Origin: Chitinophagales bacterium
Lineage (GTDB): Bacteria > Bacteroidota > Bacteroidia > Chitinophagales > JADIYW01
Length of the DNA stretch: 34,736 nucleotides
Assembly: GCA_035339455.1 (NCBI GenBank)
Contig: DAOQII010000001.1
Coordinates: 12,425 to 47,160 of the forward strand
Direction of reading: 5' to 3'
Shown here: positions 1-8,286 of the stretch, piece after piece
Layout of the letters: each line of letters starts with the position of its first letter
How positions within the stretch are numbered: position 1 is the first letter of the stretch
The notes under the pieces: generated by a model
The model's database searches: none
What the model was told of the DNA's origin: nothing
The model's input: the letters and a program-made list of their open reading frames with translations, nothing else
Translations under genes and position numbers: made by a program

Positions 1-287
1 CGCAAGAAGATAAATAAAAGCAACGCACAAAGTACAGCCGTTACCTGATAATTGAAATAAAAAAGCCGGATATTATTGTGTTGAATTAAGGACAACAGTT
101 TATACCAGATATTATAGCTGGGACCCCAGTCTTTATGTATGGTATGAAATAAATCGGTGCCATATCGCAGATACTGAGCTTCATCGCCGAAGGTAATATC
201 CATTACAGCCGGAAGCCCCAGAGCCCATTTGATACCACAAAACAGCAACAGCAGTAACCCGACAATAAAAAGGGCATTATTTTTCAT
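1..287 (-). CDS. membrane protein, N-terminal fragment (gene runs off the window start)
   Basis: ATG at 287-285 and the frame stays open to position 1. Own translation: MKNNALFIVGLLLLLFCGIKWALGLPAVMDITFGDEAQYLRYGTDLFHTIHKDWGPSYNIWYKLL... It has two hydrophobic segments. It is missing from the ORF track because it is truncated. No family recognised. Confidence 0.4.
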   Translation of the reverse strand, partial: MKNNALFIVGLLLLLFCGIKWALGLPAVMDITFGDEAQYLRYGTDLFHTIHKDWGPSYNIWYKLLSLIQHNNIRLFYFNYQVTAVLCALLLFIFL

Positions 288-322
288 AGAAAATTAGCTA
301 TCAAGTTAAGCAAAAGATGCAT

Positions 323-1522
323 TTATGCCAGTTTTTCAGATTTCTTAATAATTCTGTCTTTCAGCTTAAACATGGGCACTTCCACATACTTAAAGAGTAA
401 GGTACCCATCCAAACCGTTGAACCGATATAAAATACACACCCAATTATCTGAGCAATTGGCATTGGTATATATTTAGATGCAAGTCCAGTTAAAATCAGA
501 AAGATGATTAGAAAGACGAACTGAAAGATGTATATGCTGTAAGATGGCAAGCCCAGGACTAACCAGAACTTTTTAGTCAGAAATTTCAGTTTATGTGGAA
601 AATAGACAATTGTCATGATTAAGCTCAACACACAAAGATTAGTCAGAATATCTACAAAATAGATACCACCATTACTGTATATATACTTATCTTCTCTTAA
701 GGCAAACATAAAAGAAACCCCATCATGGCGTGAAGCAATAAAACTACTTAAGTAAATCCAACATATTAGTACAGTTAGACTAATGGCCAGACTCCTAAAT
801 GGATTTTTCCATTTACTTAAATCAAACAAGTTTGGTATCAGCCCATAAAAGAAAACATCAAATTGGAATATAGAGGCATGTACAACTGCTAATGTACTCA
901 AGGTAGCATCTTTACTGTGTGCTAATAGCCAATTATATCCGATTACTCTTAAAATAGGAAATATGAATATTGCAACAATTGTCATAATTCTCAATATTTT
1001 CTTATTAAGAAAGAAAATAGCAAAAACAATAAAAATATAAAATTGTTCTTCGATAGAGACAGACCACAAGTGAACCATTACCGGAGCAGTTTTTATATAA
1101 TCATCATACCCCATAAAATAGGCATAAATATCTCTGTAATTAGCTACAAAAGCAAAATGCATCCATCCATAGTGTTTCCATTCATTAGCCAGGTTTTGAG
1201 GAACTGTACCGAACCACCAGAACAAGAATGTAACAAATGCAATGAAGAATATGTATAGGAAATAAATTGGGAAGATGCGAAGTGTACGTTTGATATAGAA
1301 GAGTTTGAAATATTTACCAAAATTTTTTAGTTTTTCTTTATCAACCATTAAATTTCGGGATATTAAAAATGCTGAAAAGAGGAAAAAAGCATGCAATGCC
1401 ACATAAAACAATACGGAGGGAAAGTTAAATTTTGAGAATCTATAATGCGCTAACATAACGAGCAAGCAACAGAATCCTTTTACGCCATCTACTACTACCA
1501 AATGTTCTTTCTTGTTTATCAA
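323..1522 (-). CDS. acyltransferase family 3 (integral-membrane O-acyltransferase)
   Basis: N-terminal VDGVKGFCCLLVMLAHY and central HLWSVSIEEQFY motifs are typical of Acyl_transf_3, and the protein is hydrophobic throughout. TTG start at 1522 lies one nt after the upstream stop. The next in-frame Met would delete the conserved N-terminal motif. Confidence 0.85.
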   Translation of the reverse strand: MINKKEHLVVVDGVKGFCCLLVMLAHYRFSKFNFPSVLFYVALHAFFLFSAFLISRNLMVDKEKLKNFGKYFKLFYIKRTLRIFPIYFLYIFFIAFVTFLFWWFGTVPQNLANEWKHYGWMHFAFVANYRDIYAYFMGYDDYIKTAPVMVHLWSVSIEEQFYIFIVFAIFFLNKKILRIMTIVAIFIFPILRVIGYNWLLAHSKDATLSTLAVVHASIFQFDVFFYGLIPNLFDLSKWKNPFRSLAISLTVLICWIYLSSFIASRHDGVSFMFALREDKYIYSNGGIYFVDILTNLCVLSLIMTIVYFPHKLKFLTKKFWLVLGLPSYSIYIFQFVFLIIFLILTGLASKYIPMPIAQIIGCVFYIGSTVWMGTLLFKYVEVPMFKLKDRIIKKSEKLA

Positions 1523-1523
1523 T

Positions 1524-2729
1524 TTATTTGATTTTTAGCTTTTGTAAGATAAGGTCTTTTTTGTTAATACAATATAGCTCATATTTAGTGTAAATGAAGT
1601 TTGAGAAACGAAGCAATAAAAAAATGATTAAACAAGTCGCCAAGATTTCTACAATTAAATCATAACCAAGTAGAGATTTTAAATAAGGAACTAGATAAAA
1701 TGCGATTGGAAATATAAATAAGTACTGGTATACATAAACTCCATATGTATATTTTCCAACAGAAATGAAGAAAGGAATAGTAAATAACTTGAAGTATGAT
1801 TGCTTCTTTACTGCAATAAATACCAGGTAGAAGCAAATCATATTTATTAATACATGATAGTAATATCGATGGAAACCTTCAACCGGAAAGATGTAAGAAT
1901 ATAGATTATCTACTATTGATTTCTTATTGTACAAGGTTAGATAATATGCATTGCCCAAGCACGAAAAAACGAATACAATAAGCAATACATAAAAAATTCG
2001 AATATCACGTTTCTTCAAGTCCGGGTTAAGTACAGCCAATAATACACCATAAAAGAATGTATCAAATTGGAAAAATGTTGATTTTATAAAAATAAAAGAT
2101 GGCAAATAAGGGTCATTTATTATGGATAACATATAATCTACTCCAATAATCCTGATAATAGCAAATGCAATCATCATGAATATGGAAATCCGGATTAGCC
2201 ATTTTTTAGAAAACATGAAAATTAAAAACGGGATAATCAAATAGAATTGCTCTTCAAATGAGATAGACCATAGATGTGGAAATGCATAACTTGCTTTGTA
2301 GTTTAACCCTTGAAACCACGCCCAAAAATCTTTAAAGTTATACGTAAAACTAACAACCATCCAACCAAAATATTTTATTTCATACGTGATTCCCAATTTT
2401 TGTTTTAAGGGAGAATGGGCAGTAATAATTCCAATAAATAGTATTATAAAAAAATATAGAAAATAGGTAGGGAAAATACGAAGCACTCTCTTTGTATAAA
2501 ATTCAATAAAGAACTTTTTAAAACTATCGTGTTTATTTTTAGCGTATAACAGATTAACTGTAATTAAATAAGATGACATGACAAAGAAACTATGTAACAA
2601 TAGATAACCTACAATATAGGGCAGTTTTAAGTATGTGAAATGAAAATGGCAAAATAAGATACACAAACAAAAAAAGCCTCTCATGCCATCGAGACTACTT
2701 AGGTAATTCTTATTTTCAATCTTATTCAT
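1524..2729 (-). CDS. acyltransferase family 3, tandem paralogue of 323..1522
   Basis: Motifs LDGMRGFFCLCILFCHF and HLWSISFEEQFY; colinear with the neighbouring paralogue. Start moved to ATG 2729 (MNKIENK) because the ORF-track start at 2759 lies inside the terminator hairpin 2736-2757. Confidence 0.85.
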   Translation of the reverse strand: MNKIENKNYLSSLDGMRGFFCLCILFCHFHFTYLKLPYIVGYLLLHSFFVMSSYLITVNLLYAKNKHDSFKKFFIEFYTKRVLRIFPTYFLYFFIILFIGIITAHSPLKQKLGITYEIKYFGWMVVSFTYNFKDFWAWFQGLNYKASYAFPHLWSISFEEQFYLIIPFLIFMFSKKWLIRISIFMMIAFAIIRIIGVDYMLSIINDPYLPSFIFIKSTFFQFDTFFYGVLLAVLNPDLKKRDIRIFYVLLIVFVFSCLGNAYYLTLYNKKSIVDNLYSYIFPVEGFHRYYYHVLINMICFYLVFIAVKKQSYFKLFTIPFFISVGKYTYGVYVYQYLFIFPIAFYLVPYLKSLLGYDLIVEILATCLIIFLLLRFSNFIYTKYELYCINKKDLILQKLKIK

Positions 2730-2735
2730 AAAAAA

Positions 2736-2757
2736 GGGTGCTGAAATTTCAGCACCC
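2736..2757 (-). terminator. intrinsic terminator after the T9SS hydrolase gene
   Basis: Perfect 22-nt palindrome GGGTGCTGAAATTTCAGCACCC (9-bp stem, AATT loop). On the minus strand it is followed by TTTTTT and then directly by the ATG at 2729. An A-run flanks the other side, so it could work in both directions. Confidence 0.7.
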
Positions 2758-2782
2758 AAAAATACTTTATTCCTTTTTATCT

Positions 2783-4834
2783 TTAATGAGAAATATTGAT
2801 GGTCTTTACAATTGCATTTCCACCAAATTGTGATCTCACAAAATACATTCCGGCAGGCAACCCTTTTGTATTTAGTTCTAACTTATTAGTACCTAATTGT
2901 AAGGATCTTTCCATAGTCATCACAATAGCACCCGTGGAGTTGTATATTTCGACCTTAACATGTCCCTCCGTTTCTGAATATAGTTCAACATTTAAGAGAT
3001 TATCTGATGGGTTTGGATACAAAGAGAATGACTTATCCACTTCTGATTTTTGTTCTTCAATGCCTGGGCTTGCCATCCTTGTATATGTATTTCCTGAGTT
3101 CATACATGATGTACTAGGTACAATACTTCCATCCATATTGGCTGAGCTTACTCTATACCAGAAGCAAATCTGATTTGGAGGAGTTCCAATATAGAAAGGG
3201 TTAACTGAAAAATCGGTATTAGTCTTTACAAAATTTGGAGTGCTATTTGGTGGTAAAGTTGGTGTATTGTTTGTATTGGTACGAATATCCTTTAAAAAGT
3301 TTGTTAATATTGTATTTGAGTGAATTATTCCTGAAAATGCATACATCATCTGAGTGCCAAATAAGCGAAATGAAGCACCATCTACTGAATAATTATAATA
3401 TTTTTGTTGATTGTCATACTTTGTATTTACAGGGTCAATACAGTTTAGAAAGATTGTATTTCCAGGGTAGCTAGGGTCTGTAGTTTGAATTGTATTTCCT
3501 AGAGTAAGAATATCATCCCTTGAATTGCTTGTTGTTAACATTGACAATTTATCTGTTAAAGTATTTGTTACCAGACAACTAAGGGGAGTAACATTTCCAG
3601 TGGCAAAATTTTTAAAAAAAAGATGACCACCATTACAGTTTACAAACAATCTGCTTAAAATACCCAATGATTTCATAGTAGTTCTAACACTATTAAATGG
3701 CAGTAATAAAGCAGAACTTGCTGGATCAGGAGGTAAAAAGTAATTAACTGGCAAAGATGTTGGACCATTTATTCGTACATCATCCTCGTTTCCCCACAAA
3801 AATAAGGTTGGAACACTCTTTGGCGTTGTAGTAAAATAATCTTGATCTGCCGGCACGTAAGAATTTCCTAAAATTAACGATTTAATATTTATACTACTTG
3901 TAGGGTTAGCATTTAAGCATAGTTTTGTATAGTTATTATTAGAAAGTTGAGTATTACTGCATGTATGCGTAGATGTTCCAGTATAAAAGAGATTATAATT
4001 ATGTGTCGTATAATTAATTCCGGCTCTTGAATAGGCTAACATGAAAGCAGTAGACGCTCCCATACTGATACCAAATGCACTTATATCATTTGTATTGGCA
4101 TTTATTATTCTTTGAGTTGCGGGTAAAGAAGCATCTGTCAAAATATAGTTATAAGCTGCAACAGCATACTGAAAATTGGCATAAGCATTCTTTCTTATTA
4201 CATCATCACCCTGTCCATAATAATTACACGGATATTGATTTGGCAAAATGTAAGCAAGTCCAGCTAAATCATTACTTAAGCTTTCATAATACACAACACA
4301 ATATCCCCTTATAGCAAGATCAGCTATTATTGCCCACACCGCATAGCCACCTGGTTTAGCAAAGTCAATCATCCAATTAGCCCCATTTGTAATCATAATG
4401 CAAGGTCTTACTACATTATCATCTGGTCTTACTACGACCATTCTTACGAAAGGATCCGGATTTCCTGTTACGTGTTTCTTTGCATACATTACTTTTCTGG
4501 CAATTATCCCATTTGATTTTACTATACGGTCATATTTATATGCTGGAGTGTTCAATAAAACATTTGTATCTGTTGTAGGAGTATAATTCCTGCTATCTCC
4601 ATAAAATGACATCAAATTGTTTTGAATTTTTAAGGTTAGGTTGGTAAGTGTGGCCAAGTGTTTTTGTGTATTATTGTACCCCGTTGTTCCATAAGGTGAG
4701 AAATTTGCACTGTTAACAGCTACAAAATTCGGGTCATAAGCGGTCATGTAAGTTGGCGCATATTGCGCATGTGTGAATAAACAGCCGGAAAATAATACCC
4801 AGCATAGCATAATTGTTTTCATTGTTGTTTTCAT
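2783..4834 (-). CDS. secreted alpha/beta-hydrolase (esterase/lipase-like) with T9SS C-terminal sorting domain
   Basis: Signal peptide MKTIMLCWVLFSGCLFTHAQ. Nucleophile elbow G-I-S-M-G in AFGISMGASTAFMLAY. The last ~80 aa (SLYPNPSDNLLNVEL...VEIYNSTGAIV...LPAGMYFVRSQ...) match the Por/T9SS type-A CTD pattern. Confidence 0.75.
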   Translation of the reverse strand: MKTTMKTIMLCWVLFSGCLFTHAQYAPTYMTAYDPNFVAVNSANFSPYGTTGYNNTQKHLATLTNLTLKIQNNLMSFYGDSRNYTPTTDTNVLLNTPAYKYDRIVKSNGIIARKVMYAKKHVTGNPDPFVRMVVVRPDDNVVRPCIMITNGANWMIDFAKPGGYAVWAIIADLAIRGYCVVYYESLSNDLAGLAYILPNQYPCNYYGQGDDVIRKNAYANFQYAVAAYNYILTDASLPATQRIINANTNDISAFGISMGASTAFMLAYSRAGINYTTHNYNLFYTGTSTHTCSNTQLSNNNYTKLCLNANPTSSINIKSLILGNSYVPADQDYFTTTPKSVPTLFLWGNEDDVRINGPTSLPVNYFLPPDPASSALLLPFNSVRTTMKSLGILSRLFVNCNGGHLFFKNFATGNVTPLSCLVTNTLTDKLSMLTTSNSRDDILTLGNTIQTTDPSYPGNTIFLNCIDPVNTKYDNQQKYYNYSVDGASFRLFGTQMMYAFSGIIHSNTILTNFLKDIRTNTNNTPTLPPNSTPNFVKTNTDFSVNPFYIGTPPNQICFWYRVSSANMDGSIVPSTSCMNSGNTYTRMASPGIEEQKSEVDKSFSLYPNPSDNLLNVELYSETEGHVKVEIYNSTGAIVMTMERSLQLGTNKLELNTKGLPAGMYFVRSQFGGNAIVKTINISH

Positions 4835-4837
4835 AAA

Positions 4838-5695
4838 TTAATATTTAAATTGATAAAAAAGGGTGTCTGTATTGTTTTGTATATTGCGTTTGGTTAATTT
4901 ATTATTATTATAGAAATATCCATATTTGTAGGAGTTAACGGTGTCACCATTCAGCAGATTAATTTCTTTTCTATCCAGCAAATTATTCATGTTTGGAATA
5001 CCTATATTTAAACCTAAAAGTGGAATAATATTAACGCCTCCGGTATAAATAACTTTAATACCAGATGAATAAAATTTTAAATCAAATTCTGTGTCAAGAT
5101 TTTCAGTTCCATATTCCATGTATATTCTTCCAATTGGAATGTGATTGGCTTGTGCTATGTCATATTTGATTAAGTTATTATTAATATCATATTGAAATTG
5201 GAAGTTTACAGCATAACTAGTATCTGTAATAAGAGTAAATGAATCAATAAGATTTCTATAGGAATAATAACATCTTAGCCCAAAACCATTAGTATCCAAA
5301 ATAGATACAACCTGTTTGTTCGCATTAAAATTAAAATCTACTCTGAAATAGCCTCCGGTAATATGATATCCATGTACAATTACTTTAGTCGGGGTATAGT
5401 CAAAAAATACATCTTTTATCAGTGTTGCATCGTAAGTAGTATCGTCATAAACGGTTAGCCTGTTTAATGTTCCATCATTATTATAATAGAAATTTGTAGA
5501 CTCTATGATGTTTCCGTTGCTGCTTAGTCTCCCGTTTACTTCATCTTCTACTACCCAATTCGATTGTCGTATTTTATTATTTTCCGGTTTAGTGTTATCT
5601 ATCCGGCTGCAACTGAATAACACAAAGCAACTTGCAATAATAAAACGACTGATATACTGTCTAAGTATTGACATAAATGGGCATTTGATTCTCAT
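4838..5695 (-). CDS. hypothetical lipoprotein
   Basis: Lipobox LFSC follows a hydrophobic segment (RFIIASCFVLFSCSRIDN). The stop is 3 nt from the next gene's ATG. The start is uncertain: the ORF-track start at 5710 is TTG, and ATGs occur at 5695 and 5674. The rest is beta-rich and Asn/Tyr-rich with no family recognised. Confidence 0.6.
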   Translation of the reverse strand: MRIKCPFMSILRQYISRFIIASCFVLFSCSRIDNTKPENNKIRQSNWVVEDEVNGRLSSNGNIIESTNFYYNNDGTLNRLTVYDDTTYDATLIKDVFFDYTPTKVIVHGYHITGGYFRVDFNFNANKQVVSILDTNGFGLRCYYSYRNLIDSFTLITDTSYAVNFQFQYDINNNLIKYDIAQANHIPIGRIYMEYGTENLDTEFDLKFYSSGIKVIYTGGVNIIPLLGLNIGIPNMNNLLDRKEINLLNGDTVNSYKYGYFYNNNKLTKRNIQNNTDTLFYQFKY

Positions 5696-5752
5696 GATAA
5701 AATTGTGCAATATTTTTAATATTTATTTACACAAATATTCCAATTTGTCTCT

Positions 5753-5760
5753 TAAATTTG
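5753..5760 (+). promoter_or_regulatory. Bacteroidota -7 box TAAATTTG
   Basis: Exact TAnnTTTG match, 19 nt upstream of ATG 5780. Confidence 0.45.
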
Positions 5761-5779
5761 TATCTATATTATCTGTAGT

Positions 5780-7198
5780 ATGAATGAAGCTAAACTATAT
5801 TATACAATAAAATCATTAGAAACTAATGAAATTAGTCGTCTAAAAAAATCACTAAATGACAAATTTGTCGCAAATAATTCAGCATCCATAAAACTAATTA
5901 CTGCCATTATTTTGGAAAAGCATCTAACTGCACAAGATTGGAACAAGCAATTTATACATACGTTAATTTATCCGAATTTAAAATATAACGATTTAAGAAT
6001 AAGACACTTACTATCCAATAGTTGTAAGATTCTTGAGCATTTTATCATTAGTTTAAAAACCAATGAAAATAAAATTTTATTAAATGAACAATTAGCAGAT
6101 TTTTACTTATCAACTGGCAGTATCAAATATGCAGAACAGTATATCCATGAAAGTATATTATCTATAATACATAAACCGAAAAATTCGTCTGCCTATCAAA
6201 GATTATTTGAGCTGGAAAGCAAACTTTATGATATACAGTTGAAAAACAGCAGAAAAACAGATAATCATATATTGAACATGGCAAATAATCTAAGTATTTA
6301 TCTAATTATTGAAACCTTAAAGACTGCTTGTTATATTGCATCCAATAATGTTATAATTGACGAGAAAACTGACTTTCCTGTAATAAAACCGATATACCAA
6401 CTTGCGCAAGAAGAGATCTATTATGACATTCCCCAAATTAAGATATATGCAACATTATATCGTCTTTTGTTGAATTGGACACCAAAAGAATTCAAAAAAA
6501 TATTACCCTTTATTAAAAAGAATGAATTTCTATTTAAAAACGATGAACTATATAATATATATAAGCTATTGTTAAATTTTTGCATAAAAGAAGCGAATAC
6601 AAATAGTCATGAGTTTACAAAAATCACATTTGAATTATACCTTTATGCAATTGGTAAAAAATATTTATTGTCTTATGGACAACTAAACAGATTTACCTTA
6701 TCTAATGTTATCGCAATTGGATTAAAATTAAAGGACATCAAACGGGCAGAAGATTTTTTAAAGGCAAATTATCGTTTTATAGACAAAAACTTTAAACTAA
6801 TGACCTATAATTATAATATGGCTAAAATATTATATGCAAAAAACGAAAATCAGAAATCTTTAAAATTATTGCTCTCTACAGAATTTAAGGATGCATTATG
6901 GTATCTGAATGCAAAATTTATAACCTTAAAAATATTTCTGGATATGGATGATATGGTCAGATTCAATCAGTATTTGAAAGCATTTAAAATGTATATCATA
7001 AGAAAACAACATATCGGCTATCATAAACAATATTTTTCAGGAGTAGCAAACGCATTTAAAATTTTACTGAAAATCAGAAAAAACTCACTAAAATATCAAT
7101 CCTATTCATTTGATTTAGAAACTCCTGACAGAGTTTGGTTTCAAAACAAAGCAATGGAATATGTTAATCAAATAAAAACTAAAATGCAACACCCCTAA
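5780..7198 (+). CDS. hypothetical all-alpha (TPR-like?) protein
   Basis: Long 472-aa ORF rich in Lys, Leu, Asn and Ile, with helix-like periodicity and no signal peptide. A -7 box lies upstream. No family recognised. Confidence 0.6.
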   Translation: MNEAKLYYTIKSLETNEISRLKKSLNDKFVANNSASIKLITAIILEKHLTAQDWNKQFIHTLIYPNLKYNDLRIRHLLSNSCKILEHFIISLKTNENKILLNEQLADFYLSTGSIKYAEQYIHESILSIIHKPKNSSAYQRLFELESKLYDIQLKNSRKTDNHILNMANNLSIYLIIETLKTACYIASNNVIIDEKTDFPVIKPIYQLAQEEIYYDIPQIKIYATLYRLLLNWTPKEFKKILPFIKKNEFLFKNDELYNIYKLLLNFCIKEANTNSHEFTKITFELYLYAIGKKYLLSYGQLNRFTLSNVIAIGLKLKDIKRAEDFLKANYRFIDKNFKLMTYNYNMAKILYAKNENQKSLKLLLSTEFKDALWYLNAKFITLKIFLDMDDMVRFNQYLKAFKMYIIRKQHIGYHKQYFSGVANAFKILLKIRKNSLKYQSYSFDLETPDRVWFQNKAMEYVNQIKTKMQHP

Positions 7199-8025
7199 TC
7201 CTCTCTCACTATCTTATTATAGACTCTTTGTGATATACCGATACTGACCTGATATAAAATAAAAATTGGCGTGGAAATTAGTACCAAACTAAACATATCG
7301 CCCTGTGGTGTAATAACGGCAATAGCACCCAAAATTATTATATAAGCAAATTTCCGTGTGTTGCGCATAAAAGCCGGTGTGATTAGCCCGATGCGGGTAA
7401 GAAAATAAACCACGACAGGCAACTCAAACATAATACCTGTAGGCAATACCATAGAAATTAAATTGCTGATATAATTATCTACGGAAATCAGATTCTCTGC
7501 TTGCCCTACGGCTTCATAATTCAAAAAGAAATTAACGGAAAATGGGGCAATGATAAAATACCCAAACATACATCCCAATAAAAACAAGATGATGACAAAA
7601 AACAAAACACCTGTGGTTTTCTTAATTTCCTGCTCATAGAGTGCCGGCTTTATAAACCGCCAAATTTCCCAAATCACATACGGTGAAGCTATAATTGCAC
7701 CTGAAATGGCTGCCATTTCAAAATGCAGATAAAACTGCCCCGCCAAATCAGTATTGATAAACTTATGTACTTTTCCCTGCATACATAGTCCGCTAAAAAA
7801 ATAGGGCGACTGCTGAGCCAGCCAGCAGAAAAAGCGATTTGCCGGAAAATCCGGTCGCGTGGGACCAAACAACAGATAATCAAACAAGAATTTTTTATTG
7901 GAAAACATGAACAGAGACGCTGTAGCTATGGCTATCAAAGAGCGTATAATATGCCAGCGCAATTCTTCGATATGATCGAAAAAGCCCATTTCTGCCTTAA
8001 CATTGTTCTTTACCAATTTTCCCAT
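7195..8025 (-). CDS. tatC: twin-arginine translocase subunit TatC
   Basis: N-terminal FFDHIEELRWHIIRSLIAI (the H-x-x-E-L-R signature), about six hydrophobic segments and typical length. Confidence 0.9.
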   Translation of the reverse strand: MGKLVKNNVKAEMGFFDHIEELRWHIIRSLIAIATASLFMFSNKKFLFDYLLFGPTRPDFPANRFFCWLAQQSPYFFSGLCMQGKVHKFINTDLAGQFYLHFEMAAISGAIIASPYVIWEIWRFIKPALYEQEIKKTTGVLFFVIILFLLGCMFGYFIIAPFSVNFFLNYEAVGQAENLISVDNYISNLISMVLPTGIMFELPVVVYFLTRIGLITPAFMRNTRKFAYIIILGAIAVITPQGDMFSLVLISTPIFILYQVSIGISQRVYNKIVRED

Positions 8026-8032
8026 CGGACTG

Positions 8033-8040
8033 CAAAGGTA
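8033..8040 (-). promoter_or_regulatory. -7 box TACCTTTG for tatC
   Basis: Minus strand reads TACCTTTG-CAGTCCG-ATG, so only 7 nt separate the box from the start codon. Confidence 0.45.
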
Positions 8041-8057
8041 AATGTTTTTTTAGATAT

Positions 8058-8272
8058 GGGTAGTGAGTAGTGGGTAATGAGATTTGTAGAATCAAGAGCC
8101 AAGAGTCAAGACTATATTCTTTGTAAAATCAACTGTGGACTATGGGCAGTGGACTGCGGACTTTCTTTGAGAATCAAGAGCCAAGAGTCAAGAAAATATA
8201 CCCAATCAATAATCACTAATCTCTAATCACCAATAACTAATGACTAATCTCCAATGACCAACAACCAATCCC
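8058..8272. repeat. mosaic of heptanucleotide tandem arrays
   Basis: Period-7 blocks: GGGTAGT GAGTAGT GGGTAAT at 8058-8078; the 24-mer AGAATCAAGAGCCAAGAGTCAAGA at 8088-8111, repeated exactly at 8170-8193; CTGTGGA CTATGGG CAGTGGA CTGCGGA at 8133-8160; ten YAAYNNC units at 8203-8272. Confidence 0.85.
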
Positions 8273-8286
8273 TATTGCCTAAAAAA

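Noticed and set aside
8058-8272. Possible CRISPR array, because of the dense short repeats
   Set aside because: The repeat unit is 7 nt with no unique spacers of 25-40 nt and no leader or cas genes. It is a tandem-word mosaic, not a CRISPR array.
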